NCBI GenBank assembly: GCA_001949185.1
Contig: BDGG01000012.1
Coordinates: 1 to 64,000 of the forward strand
DNA from: Ramazzottius varieornatus
Taxonomy: Eukaryota; Animalia; Tardigrada
DNA: 64,000 bases
Direction: 5' to 3'
Shown: one piece after another, positions 1-12,999 of the stretch
How positions within the stretch are numbered: the stretch's first letter is position 1
Layout: each line of letters begins with the position of its first letter
Notes under the pieces: generated by a model
Told to the model about the DNA's origin: nothing
What the model saw: only the letters and a program-made list of their open reading frames with translations
Database searches by the model: none
Translations under genes and position numbers: made by a program

Positions 1-251
1 GAAGTGGCCATTATGCAAATGTGTAACAACCTTCCCTGTTGGTCTGTCTTTGACCACTCTTCGCTTCCCACAGACCATCCATTGTGGCCACTTCTTGTCG
101 ACGCCCTATTCCACATTGTAATGTAAATTACGACCTTTTCGTTCCACCCAGTCGAAAGTACACCGTCAAAGCAAAATGGCGGCTTTCACCCGCATTGTTC
201 ACTTTTTGCCGTTTGTGGAGCAGTCTGGAAAGAAGAACGATTCGGTCTTAC

Positions 252-3200
252 GGTATCAGAACGGCATTGGGCGGTCCGAGTAGTTTGGCGCCTTCCCAGA
301 AGCAGTCCAGCGGCGATATTATACTGCAGGGATACAAATGTTCCAGTGCCTAGAGGAAAGCATTGCGTTATGCAATCAGAGCATTCTTTCCATGAGAAGA
401 TGCCGTCTTAGCTTACGTCGCTGAAAGTTCCGCTGATGCGTTCGTCGAAGGTAGGAAAGGCCGCTTTGTGGCAGATGTCGCGCAGTGTCCATGTGTTCTT
501 GAAGATTTCAACTTCCACTTCCGTGGCTAGAAGGGCAATCTTCAGATGGAGCAACAGAGCTTCCGCCGTCAGGACGGACGATGCGTTGGCCGTCGGTGTC
601 TGTAGGATGACCAACGGTGTCGCGCCCACTTCTGAACCGTGAATCTCCTGCACGTAGCCTCGCTCTTCTTCCAATCTCCCGCCTTCTGCAAACACAAGAA
701 AACAACATAAAGAGACGTACCGGTAACCATAAACCCCACTACAGTTGCCCAGTCTTCATCAATCATTGAATGTATCGTCAACGTCACGAACCCAAAGTTA
801 GCCGCACACCTGATGAAGCGCAAAATTTCTTTGAACGGTAGGGACTGTACGGCTATTCCATTCCAGTCCCAAAAGACCGACATTATCTGAGCAACTTAGA
901 TCTCAGATGATCAGGTTCTACAACGTCGCTCTCCAGCTGTGTTGTGGGAACACATGCCTGGTCACACCGGCAGTTCGTGGTGGTCACTCTTGTCTGCTTG
1001 TCCCGCGGTGTGCTGTCTCGAAAAGAGTCATATTTCGAACTCAGCGAGCTCCCCACCATGTACAGCTGTAAACCAGTCCGGTCAGCTCTCTGCAGTCTTG
1101 CTTGGTCTAATGATGATGATAGTCTACCCTTTTATCAAGATCATATTTACAGTTGGTGATGAGAGTTTGGGGGAAGGGCATCTTGTCAACTAGACGAGCG
1201 GATATTTATCTCATCGCCTGTTTATCCTTACAGACTACACAGTGGGCCGAGAATGCATAGTGCGGACATCTTGGCTGGCTACTGACCACATGAGAAGCCG
1301 TCCGCTTTCACTCCTCGACTCGAATATCCTCTGACTCATCTGTCCACACTCTTTTCCGCTTCACTTGTCTACTGGACATCTTGTCAATTAAGGATTCACA
1401 ACGTTGTCGTCTAGTAAGTCTTACACTGGCGGAAAAAGCTTGCTGAAGCGTAGAAAATGCCAATTGAATCTCTGGCACCGCTGAAGAAACGGCGTTGTGC
1501 CAGTTTATAATTATAACAATCTGTCCCCTTTATATTAATATATCATGGTTTTGTGGAATCACGTTATCGAAAATGTCTTCCGGGTTTGGCTCAAACCCGA
1601 CTATACCTCGCAGATAAGCGGCAATGGAAGGATAACGCCGAAAAGAGAACAATCGATTTCTCCGAGGCGCTGAACAACACTACGAGGTAAAGGTTGTAAA
1701 CTTAGCAGAACTGCGGAGCTATTTAGCTCGTTTTAGCTCGCGAGCTAAATCTGCCTTTTTTCTACGAAAACGCAAAACAGGGTTGTGCAGCGCACGAACC
1801 TGCATGAGCTTCTTGTAAAAACCTCCTAGAAGGAAGACGAAATCAGCTAAACGAGCTAAATAGCTCCGCAGGACTGAAACTTAGCCACCCCAAACCGGGT
1901 TTGTAAAGTAAGCCACGGCTGTAGCGTCTATCGCTTGATTGACTATTTGATTGTCAGTCTTGGCTTTTTAACATAAGATTTCAACGTTCTTTTAATTGCG
2001 GATCTCTTGGATTCTCTGACTCCTCGTGTTGACTGTGCCTAATATCATTCGACAGCTAACTATTTTATCTATCGATCTATCCTTAAAAGTTTGGGATTAA
2101 GTAGTAGAGAACAGGGAAATTAGACGCTTACTTTACAAACCTGGTATGGGGCGGCTAACTTTACAACCTTTCCCTCGTAGGCCATATCGCTTGGGTCATT
2201 CGAGGCGGAAGGGACTAGCCTAGACTTCTGTCACTTGGTCTGACATCACAGCCCGTGAAAAAGAAATGCGATTTTCCATTGGTTCTACCCGGGTCTGTTG
2301 ACCATAACTGAATCCAACAGGTGGACACAATTGTAAACCAGCAGTACATTCGTCAAATGAATTCCGGAGGAGGAACAGAAAACCTAAACCTCACGTTGTC
2401 TCGACGGCTGACTCTGGGTGGCCATTCCCTAGTCCCACTGGTACGCAAACCCAGGAACGCCACTCGATTTTGACTTCAGTGATTTCTTAAAAAGACTGAC
2501 CATCTCGCAGAATGGCACGTAATGAATTTTTCGACGTACCTTCGACCCACAGCTTGTCCAGTCGGGTTTCCAGCACGATGTTCTTCAGATTGTAGCAGGA
2601 AAAGGCAAGGATAAGTATTCCCAGAACAAGAATCTTGGCGGCATGACGTTGGATGAAGGTTCCCCAACTGAAGAAGGCCGACTGTATCACAGAGCGAATC
2701 CATAAAGCCACGCGGCTTCCACGAGCCTTGCCCTACAAACACAACAAGAATCATTCGCACTTTATCCCTGTCAAATTCATACCCATAATGGCATTCATAT
2801 GTGCTCACAAAAGCGTCTCATAAATTGCGTAAATCACGGCCCCTCAAATATTTCTCAAGTTGTCAAACAGGAAATATTTCTCTTGGCAGATGCGTATCAC
2901 CCTCTTTCAGTTGCACTTCCTCGACCAGCGAGAAAGAAGGGTGTCATCTTCGCGGATGACCAGTTTCTGTTGCGTGCAAGAAATGATTATCGGCCCGGAG
3001 AAAGATGGTCAATGTCAAGTTCAAATGCCCAGACACCGTATTTCTTCTCCCGATTGCAGCAACGAGCACTCAAAGTGAGAAGAGATTTCGGACCTGAGAA
3101 ATCAACAACACCATAACGACATTGATATGCGGCTGATGGATTCATCAAGCTGACAAGTGCCGCTGATGATCGAAACGCTGTCTTCGCAGCATCACATTCT

Positions 3201-3610
3201 TCAAGATTCCGCTTCACCCTTTGTAAAGAGGAATATGCGCTAAGAGTCCACTTGGCCATTACAATAACGCAATCTTCCATTCCCTGCTGTGAAAATTCTC
3301 TCCTCCGAACTTTACAACAAGAAGCGCCGACATGTCATTATTCTCTCCGCGATTGATCACTCAAGCCTTCATTTGCCCGAGCACGTTGATAATCAAGACT
3401 CACCTTTGCAATCAACCGTAGAGCTACATCAGGATCGATCTCGGCTCTTCGAAGATCCTCCAAAATATCGAGCTCTTCCGCTCTCGGTTCCTCGACATTC
3501 TCTGCTGTACTGAGCGAATATAAGGATTCTGGAAAATTAATGAGGCTTCCCGGCCTTGTCGTTTCTTCGTCGAGATCCGTAAAATGTGGAAAGGGAAGGG
3601 TTCCCGACAT
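252..3610 (-). CDS. ptc: Patched (Hedgehog receptor), 5' exons; the gene continues beyond the window start
   Basis: Exons 3610-3404, 2732-2540, 685-417 and 349-252 join at GT-AG sites to give ...DVALRLIAK|[35 protein letters not shown]...[10 protein letters not shown]|EGGRLEEE...WTLRDICHK...|[23 protein letters not shown]. These are hallmark Patched motifs. Confidence 0.93.
1681..2179. mobile_element. Tc1/mariner-like MITE, copy 1 (carries a nested insertion)
   Basis: Ends TACGAGG...CCTCGTA with long imperfect TIRs and flanking TA; a near-identical copy lies at 60646-60967. Located in patched intron 2. Confidence 0.85.
1706..1876. mobile_element. MITE with 8-bp TSD (hAT/P-like) nested in the mariner-like MITE
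   Basis: The TIR CAG(AA/TC)CTGCGGAGCTATTTAGCTCGTTT is present at both ends. AAACTTAG is duplicated at 1698-1705 and 1877-1884, and the empty site is seen in the 60646 copy. Confidence 0.9.
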
Positions 3611-5970
3611 TTTGGCAAATGAATATTCAAATGGTCCACTCAAAGCAAATATCGCTCCACTTCATTAGGAAACTTCACCACGATTTCTGGTGCAAATATT
3701 CCAGCACACTTCTCACACGTTTCTGTTTGCTGACTGACCACTGGTCAAACAAGCCATAATTAGGGAACAACTGCAGTTCAAACAGGAGGTGAACAAGTCA
3801 TCCACGGATAATCTCATCATATCTTTTGCTCTAAACTTCTCGCTTTCCAAAACTTCACGCTACACGGAAACAATCTCAAAGCGAAGGCAGCTGAATTTCA
3901 AGACGGGGGATAACGATGCGATAGCTCGGTCTGACCAAAGCCTGAAATGATGGATCGTCAAAGCCTTTCGTTTGGCGCTGGCCAGAGAAAGCAGAAGCTG
4001 ACCAAGGGAAAATGGAGGGCGGAACATAACAGGTTGCCTGCTTTCCTTACAGAAGCTGCACAGTAGCGAGGGAGACGAGAAAGAGCGATGGATTGGACGG
4101 AGTGGACCGCCCGACGGATGAGAATAAGAAGGAGGGAACAAGGACCCACCACGAAGTCCAGCTTCCATATGGTCAGCCCCGAAACACTTCCAGACTCGCG
4201 ACGCCACACAGAAGCGAAGGTGTCTAACGCTCTTCACTGGACACAAAGAAGGATCGAAGCCTCTGGCACTTTCGTCCTCGCATTGAAATTACTTCTCCTC
4301 CTTGGCTGTTGCTGACAGTTTCCAGCCATCCCATGCATAAACAAGGCTGTTGAACATGCAAGTTAGCCTTTGGCGGTGGATCGCGTGACAAAACCATCAC
4401 GCCTTTTTGGCCTCACGCACACCTCGTCACACCGTCCACCGGACATGCAAAAAACTGGACCACGACCTCACTCAAACCAAGGCTCTACTGTGAGGTGAGC
4501 ATCAAAATACGCACTTGTATGAACTCCTGCAAACCACGTTCCACGAAGTGATGATGATAGAGGACTGTGCAAGAAAGGCGGAAAACAGGAAGGATTTTGG
4601 AGTGGAATGAAATCAGTTTCTCCGAGCGTGCCACCTAGCATAACTGTCAAATGTTGGACCCCCCTGTACCAGTGAAAAACCGACAAATAGCAGAAGAAGC
4701 CTTTCCAAGACTATCCTTCTCCCCCTTAAGACTTGAACCACAGTGTCCGAACCAGCCATTCTACGTCTAGAAATAAAGACTTCGACAAGGACACCTACAA
4801 GTGTAGAACGTCAGTACGAGTACCCGGGCTTTGCCTAGTTATGGCCATGGACAAGATGTTGGGCACCGACCGAAAGCGACAGGGGCCAGCTAAAACCGAT
4901 CATTCAATCGAAATGCTGCCCCTTTCGGCCTGTTCCCAAAATTTTGTCCATGCGCATAATGAGGCAGACTACGTGTACTTGTTGCTTCTGCCCTTCTGCC
5001 TTTATGCCCGAAATCTTGTTCGTTCACTTACCAAATTTTGATACGGGATCGTCATCTCGCGTTTCCCGAAATCCTTCCGGCGTGACAAGTTCTAGTGGGT
5101 TGCTCGAAGAAGTACCTGGAAAACAGAGTGTGCAAAGACGCCGATCAAAATATTTTCGTCGGCCTTTCTCCAATTTGTTGGTGAAGTGTCAATGGAAACG
5201 CGTGGTATTTAGGGGTGAGAAAACAGTGGCGGTGTGGATATAATGAGGCGACTGACAAAGTCCAACGAATTACGCGTTTCTCTCCTTACCTTCGATACCG
5301 ACGGCGAATCTCCAACTACAGTAAATCTCAGGAAGCGGACAAATGCCAATTTGCTGCAGTGACGACCGGAACAAAAGCGCTCTTTCGACCATTTGAAGTG
5401 CTGCCTTGCAACTGCTGGAAGCCATCAACTGAAGTCTCTCCTTCAGATTTCTCTGCGGGCTTTTCATCCGGCCACTTTGTTAAATGTCCAGCCGACTAAG
5501 ATAATACAACCATTTCCTGGGTGGTCCAGCTTGATATCGATGGAAGCCAGGACAGCAGCGATGGTGGCGCCTCGTGCACTAAGATGCGCCATCTGGTCCA
5601 AAACCAGTGTGGCTGCAATTAGGAAGCAGCAGGTTTCTCCTGCGAAACCGACTGAGGAAATATTGGTTCTCAATTCATACGCGTCAGAAAACGTACCTTC
5701 AAGTCGAGGCTGCGTTCGGCCAATCATGTGTGATTTCTGGTCCATCTACAATACTTCCTGCTCAGTTGTAGGAGGTAATTCTCATCCATGCCGGATGTAC
5801 ATAATCAGCAGCTGCCGACTGGGCACGTCGACGAAGCTTCTACTTCCTCATACTGGCTATCTCGGTGGTCCCTGCAAATGACAGCAATTAACTTTTAACC
5901 TGATTATGACCTCCAATTAGATGCTGGACCACACACAAGGTGAGCAACCTGACATACCGCACCTGCAGCT

Positions 5971-6103
5971 GGAGTTCCGAACTGCCACGATCGAGCTAAG
6001 TCGTTTGAACATTATCTTGAGTGGCGCACCTTTGCAGTATTATTTGCTGCAAGAATGCGCTACTTGGGAAAACCGTCGTGTTCAAGGTATTTGCCGACGT
6101 TTC
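5971..6103. repeat. Palindromic GTGGCGCAC-N25-GTGCGCCAC element
   Basis: Core 6019-6065 with 25-nt spacer; flanks AGCT/AGAT. Not inside a confidently called gene. Confidence 0.8.
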
Positions 6104-6323
6104 AGATGTCTACAGTACTACTCCGTGTATTAGAAAACATTGTGATTACTTTGTTTCTCAGCGCTGTTACGAACATAACCGCACCATCACAATATTCATG
6201 CTTCATTGCAAAGAAAACTGAAAATGAATTATGGAGGTCAAGGATTAGATAGGTTACACAAGATTCAAGGTCCCGACTTCGAAGCAGAATCCTCCGGCGG
6301 AGATAAACAGGTTTAAAGCAAAA

Positions 6324-9300
6324 TTAAACTTCCTCTTCGCTCAAGTCCGCGCTGCGCGGAAGATTGGTTGGTACCAACTTGCGCAAAACTTGAGGGAAAA
6401 AGAAAAGTTTTTTAAATAAAACAAAATACTCAAATGGACACGTCCGATTCTTCATCAAGCCAAACCTGCAAACACATAAAATACCGATATACTGTGGTCC
6501 ACCACCATAAAACTCCTGCTCGAAAGCGAGAAGTCTTACAGGCGACTAAGACGGGCAAACTAGACAACAACAGCTTTACAAGTGGCGCACTGCTCCTGCT
6601 GTAAAACTGAGAAGGTGCGCCGCGTTGAAAATCGACAAGATCGTTTTCCAAGTGGCGCACTCTTTCAGCCGAAAACACTGAGAAACTTTGCTAAATGGGA
6701 AACACACTTGTCGACATCGTTTGACGTATTCCGAATATAACTTTTTACTCTAAGGCAGTTTCAACTTACTTGTCAAAAAAGTAGTAAAAATCAGCAGCTG
6801 AGTATTGTCTCGCTAATCGCGACATTATTCTATCGTTCTCCGCAACCTGTGCATCCTCTGGATACAAAACCTGGAGAGCAGCGCTAGAACAGAAAAGTTA
6901 CAATACCATGGTGAAATACTTTTGATAAAACGATTCAAAGTGAAGTTTACCGCGAAGTTATGTCTTGGACCGTTCTGAACTTTTCCTCCATCGATCCAGT
7001 CACCGACACGCCTGCCATGCGCTTCTTGATCAGCTCCATTAGCACACCACGGTTGGCGAACCAGTCTGGACGTGGAGGGAAGACGGATGGGTCGTCGAGG
7101 ATGGTTGCCTTCATGGTTACTACTGGAGTAGCCGGTTCTTGTTCAGCCTCGCCCATCTCACCGTCCTCACTGACATTCGCCACCGAGGCATTCCCCGACT
7201 CTTGCCTTCCATCCATTTCCAGTGCGTCATCCTCGTCGTCACTTCCACTGCCAACACTGCCATCATTATCGTCATTCTCACCATCATTTTCCTGGTTATT
7301 GCTGCTAAAACACAAACAAACTATGTTCAATGTACTTCTGATCGAGATTTGGCACGTCGGCAAATGACTTGAATATGGCTATTTTTCCACGCGGTGCACA
7401 ATTCCAGCTAGCAACAATGACAACGTGCGCCACCTTAGATGAAAATCCTCATCGATTCACCTGCCGACACCCCATTTCTACAAACGGATCGTATTTCTTT
7501 AAACGAATGTACGAAACAAATTTGTTCGAAAATAAACTCTTTTACAGTATTTCTCTGTCATTCATGAAATCGGTTTCACTTTGTGTGTGTCGTTATTCAG
7601 TCTTCGTTATCAAACATAGTTTGAGTTTTTCGTTTTGTATGTTCTTCAAAGACAAGAATTTCGGGACAAATCTGACCTGTGGTCAGTTAGCGACTCTTCC
7701 ACCGCAACTTTCTCCCCTTCCGTTCCCACTTCTTTTGCTTCCACTTCGTCCACCCATTCATCGTCCAGTCCAAATGGCGAGCGATGCTCCGGTAGGTACG
7801 TCGACATCCGTTGATATCCCGTCACCTCCGAACTGGCTCTCTTACCACCACCGTTCGGTCCTCCATAGCTCGTTCTCCTACTGTACGGCGCCACCTGCGT
7901 CTCCGACCAACTTCTGCCACTACTCACAGGCCGAACCGCCGACGATACCCGGCTCAGCTTCTGACCACTGGTACTCGTCGATCTCTCATTCAACACGGTC
8001 TTTTTTGCCGAAGACGGTAGGCTAGTCTGTGTCTGTTGTGAGTGAGTCTGGTGGAAGGTGGACCGACGAGTCGGGCTATTGAAGTTGACCGTCACTGCCG
8101 AAGCTCTTGGTGACGGAGGCACTTCGTTTGAAAGACGCTTCGAACCACCAGAGTGTGGGTTGTTGAATGTGTCAGTCTGTGCCGAAGTTCGCGGTGACTG
8201 CGAACTTTGTTCGGAAGAATTTCTTTTATTGTTATTCGGTGGGATATTATTCGTCTGTGGGGTATTACTGTTACGGCTCGATGGAATATCGAGCCGGGAA
8301 GCATTCGATTTGCTGTTTGACCGACGAGGCGACCCACTGATCGGATTCGGGCCACTGTATGTCACGTTGAAGGCTCGTGGTGACTGTGAAGGTTGCCAAG
8401 AGCTCTTGACGCTACTCAAGACCCGGCTGGAAGACTTATCGCTGGATGAGTTATTGTATATTACGGGCATGGTGGACAGTCGAGGAGACTGAGAGTTCTG
8501 TATTGACGACCGACTGTTGCTCGGTTTGTCGAACGTTCTGTTCGAATGACTGCTCGCTCTGCTGAACGTGCCGCTCTGAGCATCCTTCTGCTCAGAAGAA
8601 GGGTTTTTGCCGATTCTTGGCAAGTCTGCCTCTTCTTCTAAGAGAACATCGCTGGTGCGGGCGACTATGTGAGCGATTGGTAGCTCAGTGTTGGAGCTAT
8701 TGATGTTGGCTTGTAAGGACGAAGCTCGACGGGATGCGGACGGAGCGGGCTTGACACTGCTATCTCGTATGCTAGCGTTGCTGGTTGAGCTAGCGCGAGG
8801 AGTGATCGGCTTGAGCTGCGAAACGGGTTTGAGGTTACTGGAAGGACGACTTGGTCCGCGGTTCGGTGTCGCTTGTGTCGAGGGAAATCTTGAGATGGAC
8901 TGTCGGCGAACTTCTTCCGTTGACTGGTCACCGATGTCGTCTCCTTCTGACAACAGCGCACGCGTGGGGCTATAAGGCAAGAGAGGTTAGAGACTTCATG
9001 GGAATATATGGTTTTCTAACCATAAAAAAATTTTTAATATTTGGGAGTTCGGCAAACAAACTCGACAAGATCCTTCGTACGATGCCAGCCACCAACAATG
9101 AGAACATGCAATACTTGGGACAATAAACTGTCTGCTGCCGAGCTCTCATTTCTGTAATTTTAAAAGATACATCAAAATATTCGAGTTGATGGTCTTAATC
9201 TTAGCCTGGAGACTTGGTTTTCCGTAACATTTTTAACAGTATAAAAAGAAACACACCTCTGAACCTTCTGACTGCTAGTGGTGTTTCCGTTCGAGGCGGT

Positions 9301-12300
9301 GGAGCTTTCGTAAGGAACAAATGTCCGACTACAGTGGTCAGGACTAACGTGCCGAGGCATCTCCTCTGCCGGTTGTTCCACTTCATCATCTTCTTCCGAC
9401 CACATAGCTTCGCTGAAGAAAAAAGACAACTCCTCCACAAGTTGCAATCAGAATTGTGAGACGATCGGCATTTGGAAGCTCGGCAATTAAACTCGGCAAC
9501 CTTGTTCTACCAAGTGGCGCAAGTTTTCAGTGCAACTGGCTGAAAGCGTGCACCACTGGACAATTGACCTTGTCGCGTTTGTTTGCTCAACTCACAGCCA
9601 CTCTTCATACATATGTACCACTTTGGTTGGATTTTGGCTCGCCTAAAATCGTTCCTTAGCACATACCCTGGACTTCTGTAACTGTCGGTCAGTTTGCTAG
9701 TTGCAATATTGTCTTCGATGCTGCGAGTGAACGCTCGCGGAGTTGCGTCCGTTGCCTGTTCCATATCGTCGTCTTCCTCCGACAACAAGGCCGTACTGAG
9801 GAAAGGGCACATACTTACCGTTCAGTGATTCTGTTTTCAGTTTCGTTTGAGGCAGGTGTGTTTCTTGCCTATTGAACTCTGCGCCATTGCATGCGACGGT
9901 TCGTGAGCTCTGTCTGGGCACGCTTGAGGGATTGCGGAAACCTGTCAGGGACGAGACGTCAGGATCAGGAAATCCATCCAAAAAAACGACAACATTGGCA
10001 GAGCATAAAAGATCAGTGGATGGACTTCCTGATCCTGTTCCTGACGCCTCGTCGATGAAAGGTTTCCACAATATCTTAAATCTGGCCAGCCGACCCCGCG
10101 GGTTGCCAGCTTTAAATGTCAGACATCTTGTCAAACTAGTGTATGGCTCAAAGTTTTACAGCAAGAAACGCGCCAAGTTTGAGGTAATTCGAACCTACCG
10201 GGGACTTTTCTGACTGCTGGCAAGTCGCTGGTTCGAACCGCCGTTGACAGTGAGCGCTGAGGGACTTGCTTCCGCCGGCTGTTCCATGTCATCGTCTTCC
10301 GACAGATACCCTGGGTTAATCTTCGTCGCGGACTGAATAATGCTGCGAGCAGTAGGCTTTAGTCCACTCGAGCTTCCTCGTGGAGAGGCCGGGAAAGGCA
10401 AGCTCGGCTTGCTGCTGATTGATGGACGACTCGGTGCAGTCGATCGGATGGAAGTTCTTCGGGAACCTTGTTCTGACGACTCGTCTGTTGAAAGAGAGGA
10501 CCGTTTAAATTCGCAAAAACTCTATCCGTGAGTAAAGTACTTGAGCTCCTTTCTCATACAGAATGGAGCGCGGTAAACAGACTCGACAAAACTGATTTCC
10601 CAAGTGTCCCCGTTCCCGGTGTTACTGGATACAAGTGTGCGCCACTGGGAAACGATCTTGCCGAGTCTGTTTCATTAAGCGACGCAGTGTTACTGGGTAG
10701 AAAAGTGCACCAATGTCGAGTTGTTTGTCAGAGTTTGAACTGAAAATCTTACCGCTTTTCCTTTTCTCGCTTCCACCAAAGCGACTGTCCACCCAACCGC
10801 CGTCGATACTGCGTGTGTCTAACTGGCCACTAGACGAGCGGACACTTCGATAGGGAGACATGTTCGGCGGCGAGGACGAGACGGCAGTCTTGAATGAGGC
10901 GGAAGAGCCGCGTGACAACTGTTCTTTCTGGCTGGACTGACGTAACGCTGACTGGTACAAGCTGGACTTTCGGCCGGACGACGGTTGAGAGTCGGCTTGT
11001 TCGGCGATACTGCGCTTGCTGGTGGACGCAGTGGATGGCCGATTGGCAACAGGACTTGTCTGTGGCTTGGAAGCAATCTGGGGACTAAAGCGACTGACGT
11101 TACCCACTGAGCCAGCAGAAGCTGGACGCTTGATGCCCGAATAAGGAGCTGCGCTGGGCGAGATGATATCAATCACTGGACGCTTAGAACCAGTGAAAGC
11201 GTTACTCAATCGATCGACTGGAGTAGAAACTATCATACAAGAAAAGAGTCAGTACTATTACTCTCCTTTTTCGGCCGAGTGAACAGCAAGAACAAGAAAG
11301 TGCGCGAGCTGAGACGAGTGGTTCGAAGTAAAACGACGAACAACCCCAACTCACCTGCGCACCATGGAAAGGTTGCTCTTTCCATCGCTGTGGTTAAGGC
11401 TTATACTGCACAGTGTAATTCATAAGATAAAAAGTACATCGTACAGAAACATCTACACTCAGCACGGATCGGTGAAACGTTGGGAAAGACGACAATCATA
11501 GTTGACTTACTATTGCTTAAACGAGTAGTTGTGGGGCGCGGTTCTCGAGGAGACTGTAGCCCGAGGCTCAAAGGCTCACGCTGCTTCTTTGCCGAACGAT
11601 CTGTGCGAACAAGATTATACGGTGCCGTTGGGAAACTAAATAATAAAAAACGAGACGAACGTACCTGCAAAGCCAGAGGATGGTCTGGGACTGGGAAGAT
11701 AGCCATTGGATATTTGTGCATGGCGCGGAGACACTGTCGTCTTCGGTGAACTGATGGACAGTGGTCGAGTTGCAGAAACAGCCCCCAACTTTGCCACAGG
11801 CGACTCGAGCTCTTCAGAGTCTCGGCTGGCACTTTGCAGTTGAGGTTGTGGAGGCTCTAGTGGTGCGGGTGTGCGTAGTCCCAACGACACTTTCTTGACT
11901 TGTCGTCGAGCGTAGACACCAGGCGTCAGGCCCATTTCATCCACCATGGGAGAAGCCAAGACGTCGTTTTCATGGCTACCACGAAAAACAGGAGGAACAA
12001 ACCGCTTGGCAGACTTCATGTCTTTGAACATGGACCTCGGCTCTTTCTTGATCTCAGGAGGTGGAAGGTTGAAGGCAGCGTCAGCTTTTTCCAGGAGACG
12101 TTTGCCCAGGTCGAAGCCAAGAGGCGAATCGAGAATCTTTGAACTATCGCCCGATGTTCCACTGCAAAAAGAATATTCGTTCAAGCCTTCCCAAATCACT
12201 CTCTTTTCGTAATTGACACGTAGTACACGTACCTTGTCTCCAATATCGTCGAAGAATGAGAATGGTATGCATCTTTCATGACTTTCCGTGCGCCCTCACC

Positions 12301-12515
12301 AGCTCCTGCAATGCAAAAACGCTGTCTTACATCCACTTCACTGTCTTCAGATATCTCCACTTACTGTTTCGAACTTGTCCAGCTCGACGGAGAAGATCTG
12401 CCGTTGGCTGAGCTATCTGGGAGCTGGGAGTTTCCATGAGCGAGGAGTTGTTCTTGGACGCTTTGCCAGTCTTGCTGCGCGTTGACGACGACGCGTTGCT
12501 CTCTCTTGCAGACAT
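6324..12515 (-). CDS. Large multi-exon Ser/Pro/Arg-rich disordered protein with a folded C-terminus; possible CENP-T-like kinetochore protein
   Basis: Long same-strand ORFs (11636-12199, 10622-11236, 7646-8980, 6947-7363) are linked by GT-AG introns. ATG at 12515, TAA at 6326-6324. The C-terminus ARQYSAADFYYFFDKFGLMKNRTCPFEYFVLFKKLFFFPQVLRKLVP loosely resembles the CENP-T histone-fold extension. The gene is well supported; its identity is tentative. Confidence 0.7.
6541..6720. repeat. Palindromic element, tandem dimer, intronic
   Basis: AAGTGGCGCAC arms at 6580 and 6650, right arm at 6615-6625; ends approximate. Confidence 0.75.
7351..7473. repeat. Palindromic element, intronic, 123 bp
   Basis: Core 7389-7435 (N25); ATTT duplicated at 7347-7350 and 7474-7477. 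Confidence 0.85.
9043..9147. repeat. Palindromic element, intronic, left core arm deleted
   Basis: GGGAGTTCGGCAAACAAACTCGACAAGATC...TGCCGAGCTCTC; ATTT on both flanks. Confidence 0.8.
9474..9595. repeat. Palindromic element, intronic
   Basis: Core 9512-9558, N25; starts GGAAGCTCGGCAA. Confidence 0.85.
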
Positions 12516-12999
12516 ACCGTTCAACGTGGATGTTCCCTTGCGGTAGTCTCCGATGGTTTGCTGGAATCAGAACCGGATTAAGGGATGAAGGATGTTCAGG
12601 AGTAAACCTAAAGAAGCACAAAACACGGTGAATCCAAAGATGACTCTTGAGTTTTTAACTTCAAAATTTGCACTCGAGTTTGTTCTAAATCAACTGCCGA
12701 TCAATCAACAGTTCGCTCCGAGAAAATGCATCGCACCACTTACCAATTACCCGTAATTTTCGTCCAGGGAGCCTTCGGTTTGACGGTATGGTTGACGATA
12801 AGGGTCGTAGTATATTTGGCGCCAATAGTTTAGTTGGCGAACAGGAAGTCAGGTTAAGCGCCCAGTTAGCTTCTTGAATCTTCATATAAAGAAGTGTTTG
12901 TTTGCGAACAGTTTTCCATTGGGATTGTCATTGTTGTGGTTTCCAGAAAGAAATTCGAAAGTCGTCGACAGAGATCGTTCTGGGCTACTCTTCAGCACC

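Noticed and set aside
5563-5594. GGTGGCGC...GCGCCATC resembling the palindrome core
   Set aside because: The spacer is far shorter than 25 nt and the outer arms are absent.
5000-5960. Possible spliced minus-strand gene (several GT/AG-like sites, ORF 5464-5745)
   Set aside because: The putative exon near 5875 has stops in all frames and no recognisable protein; it may be UTR or noncoding.
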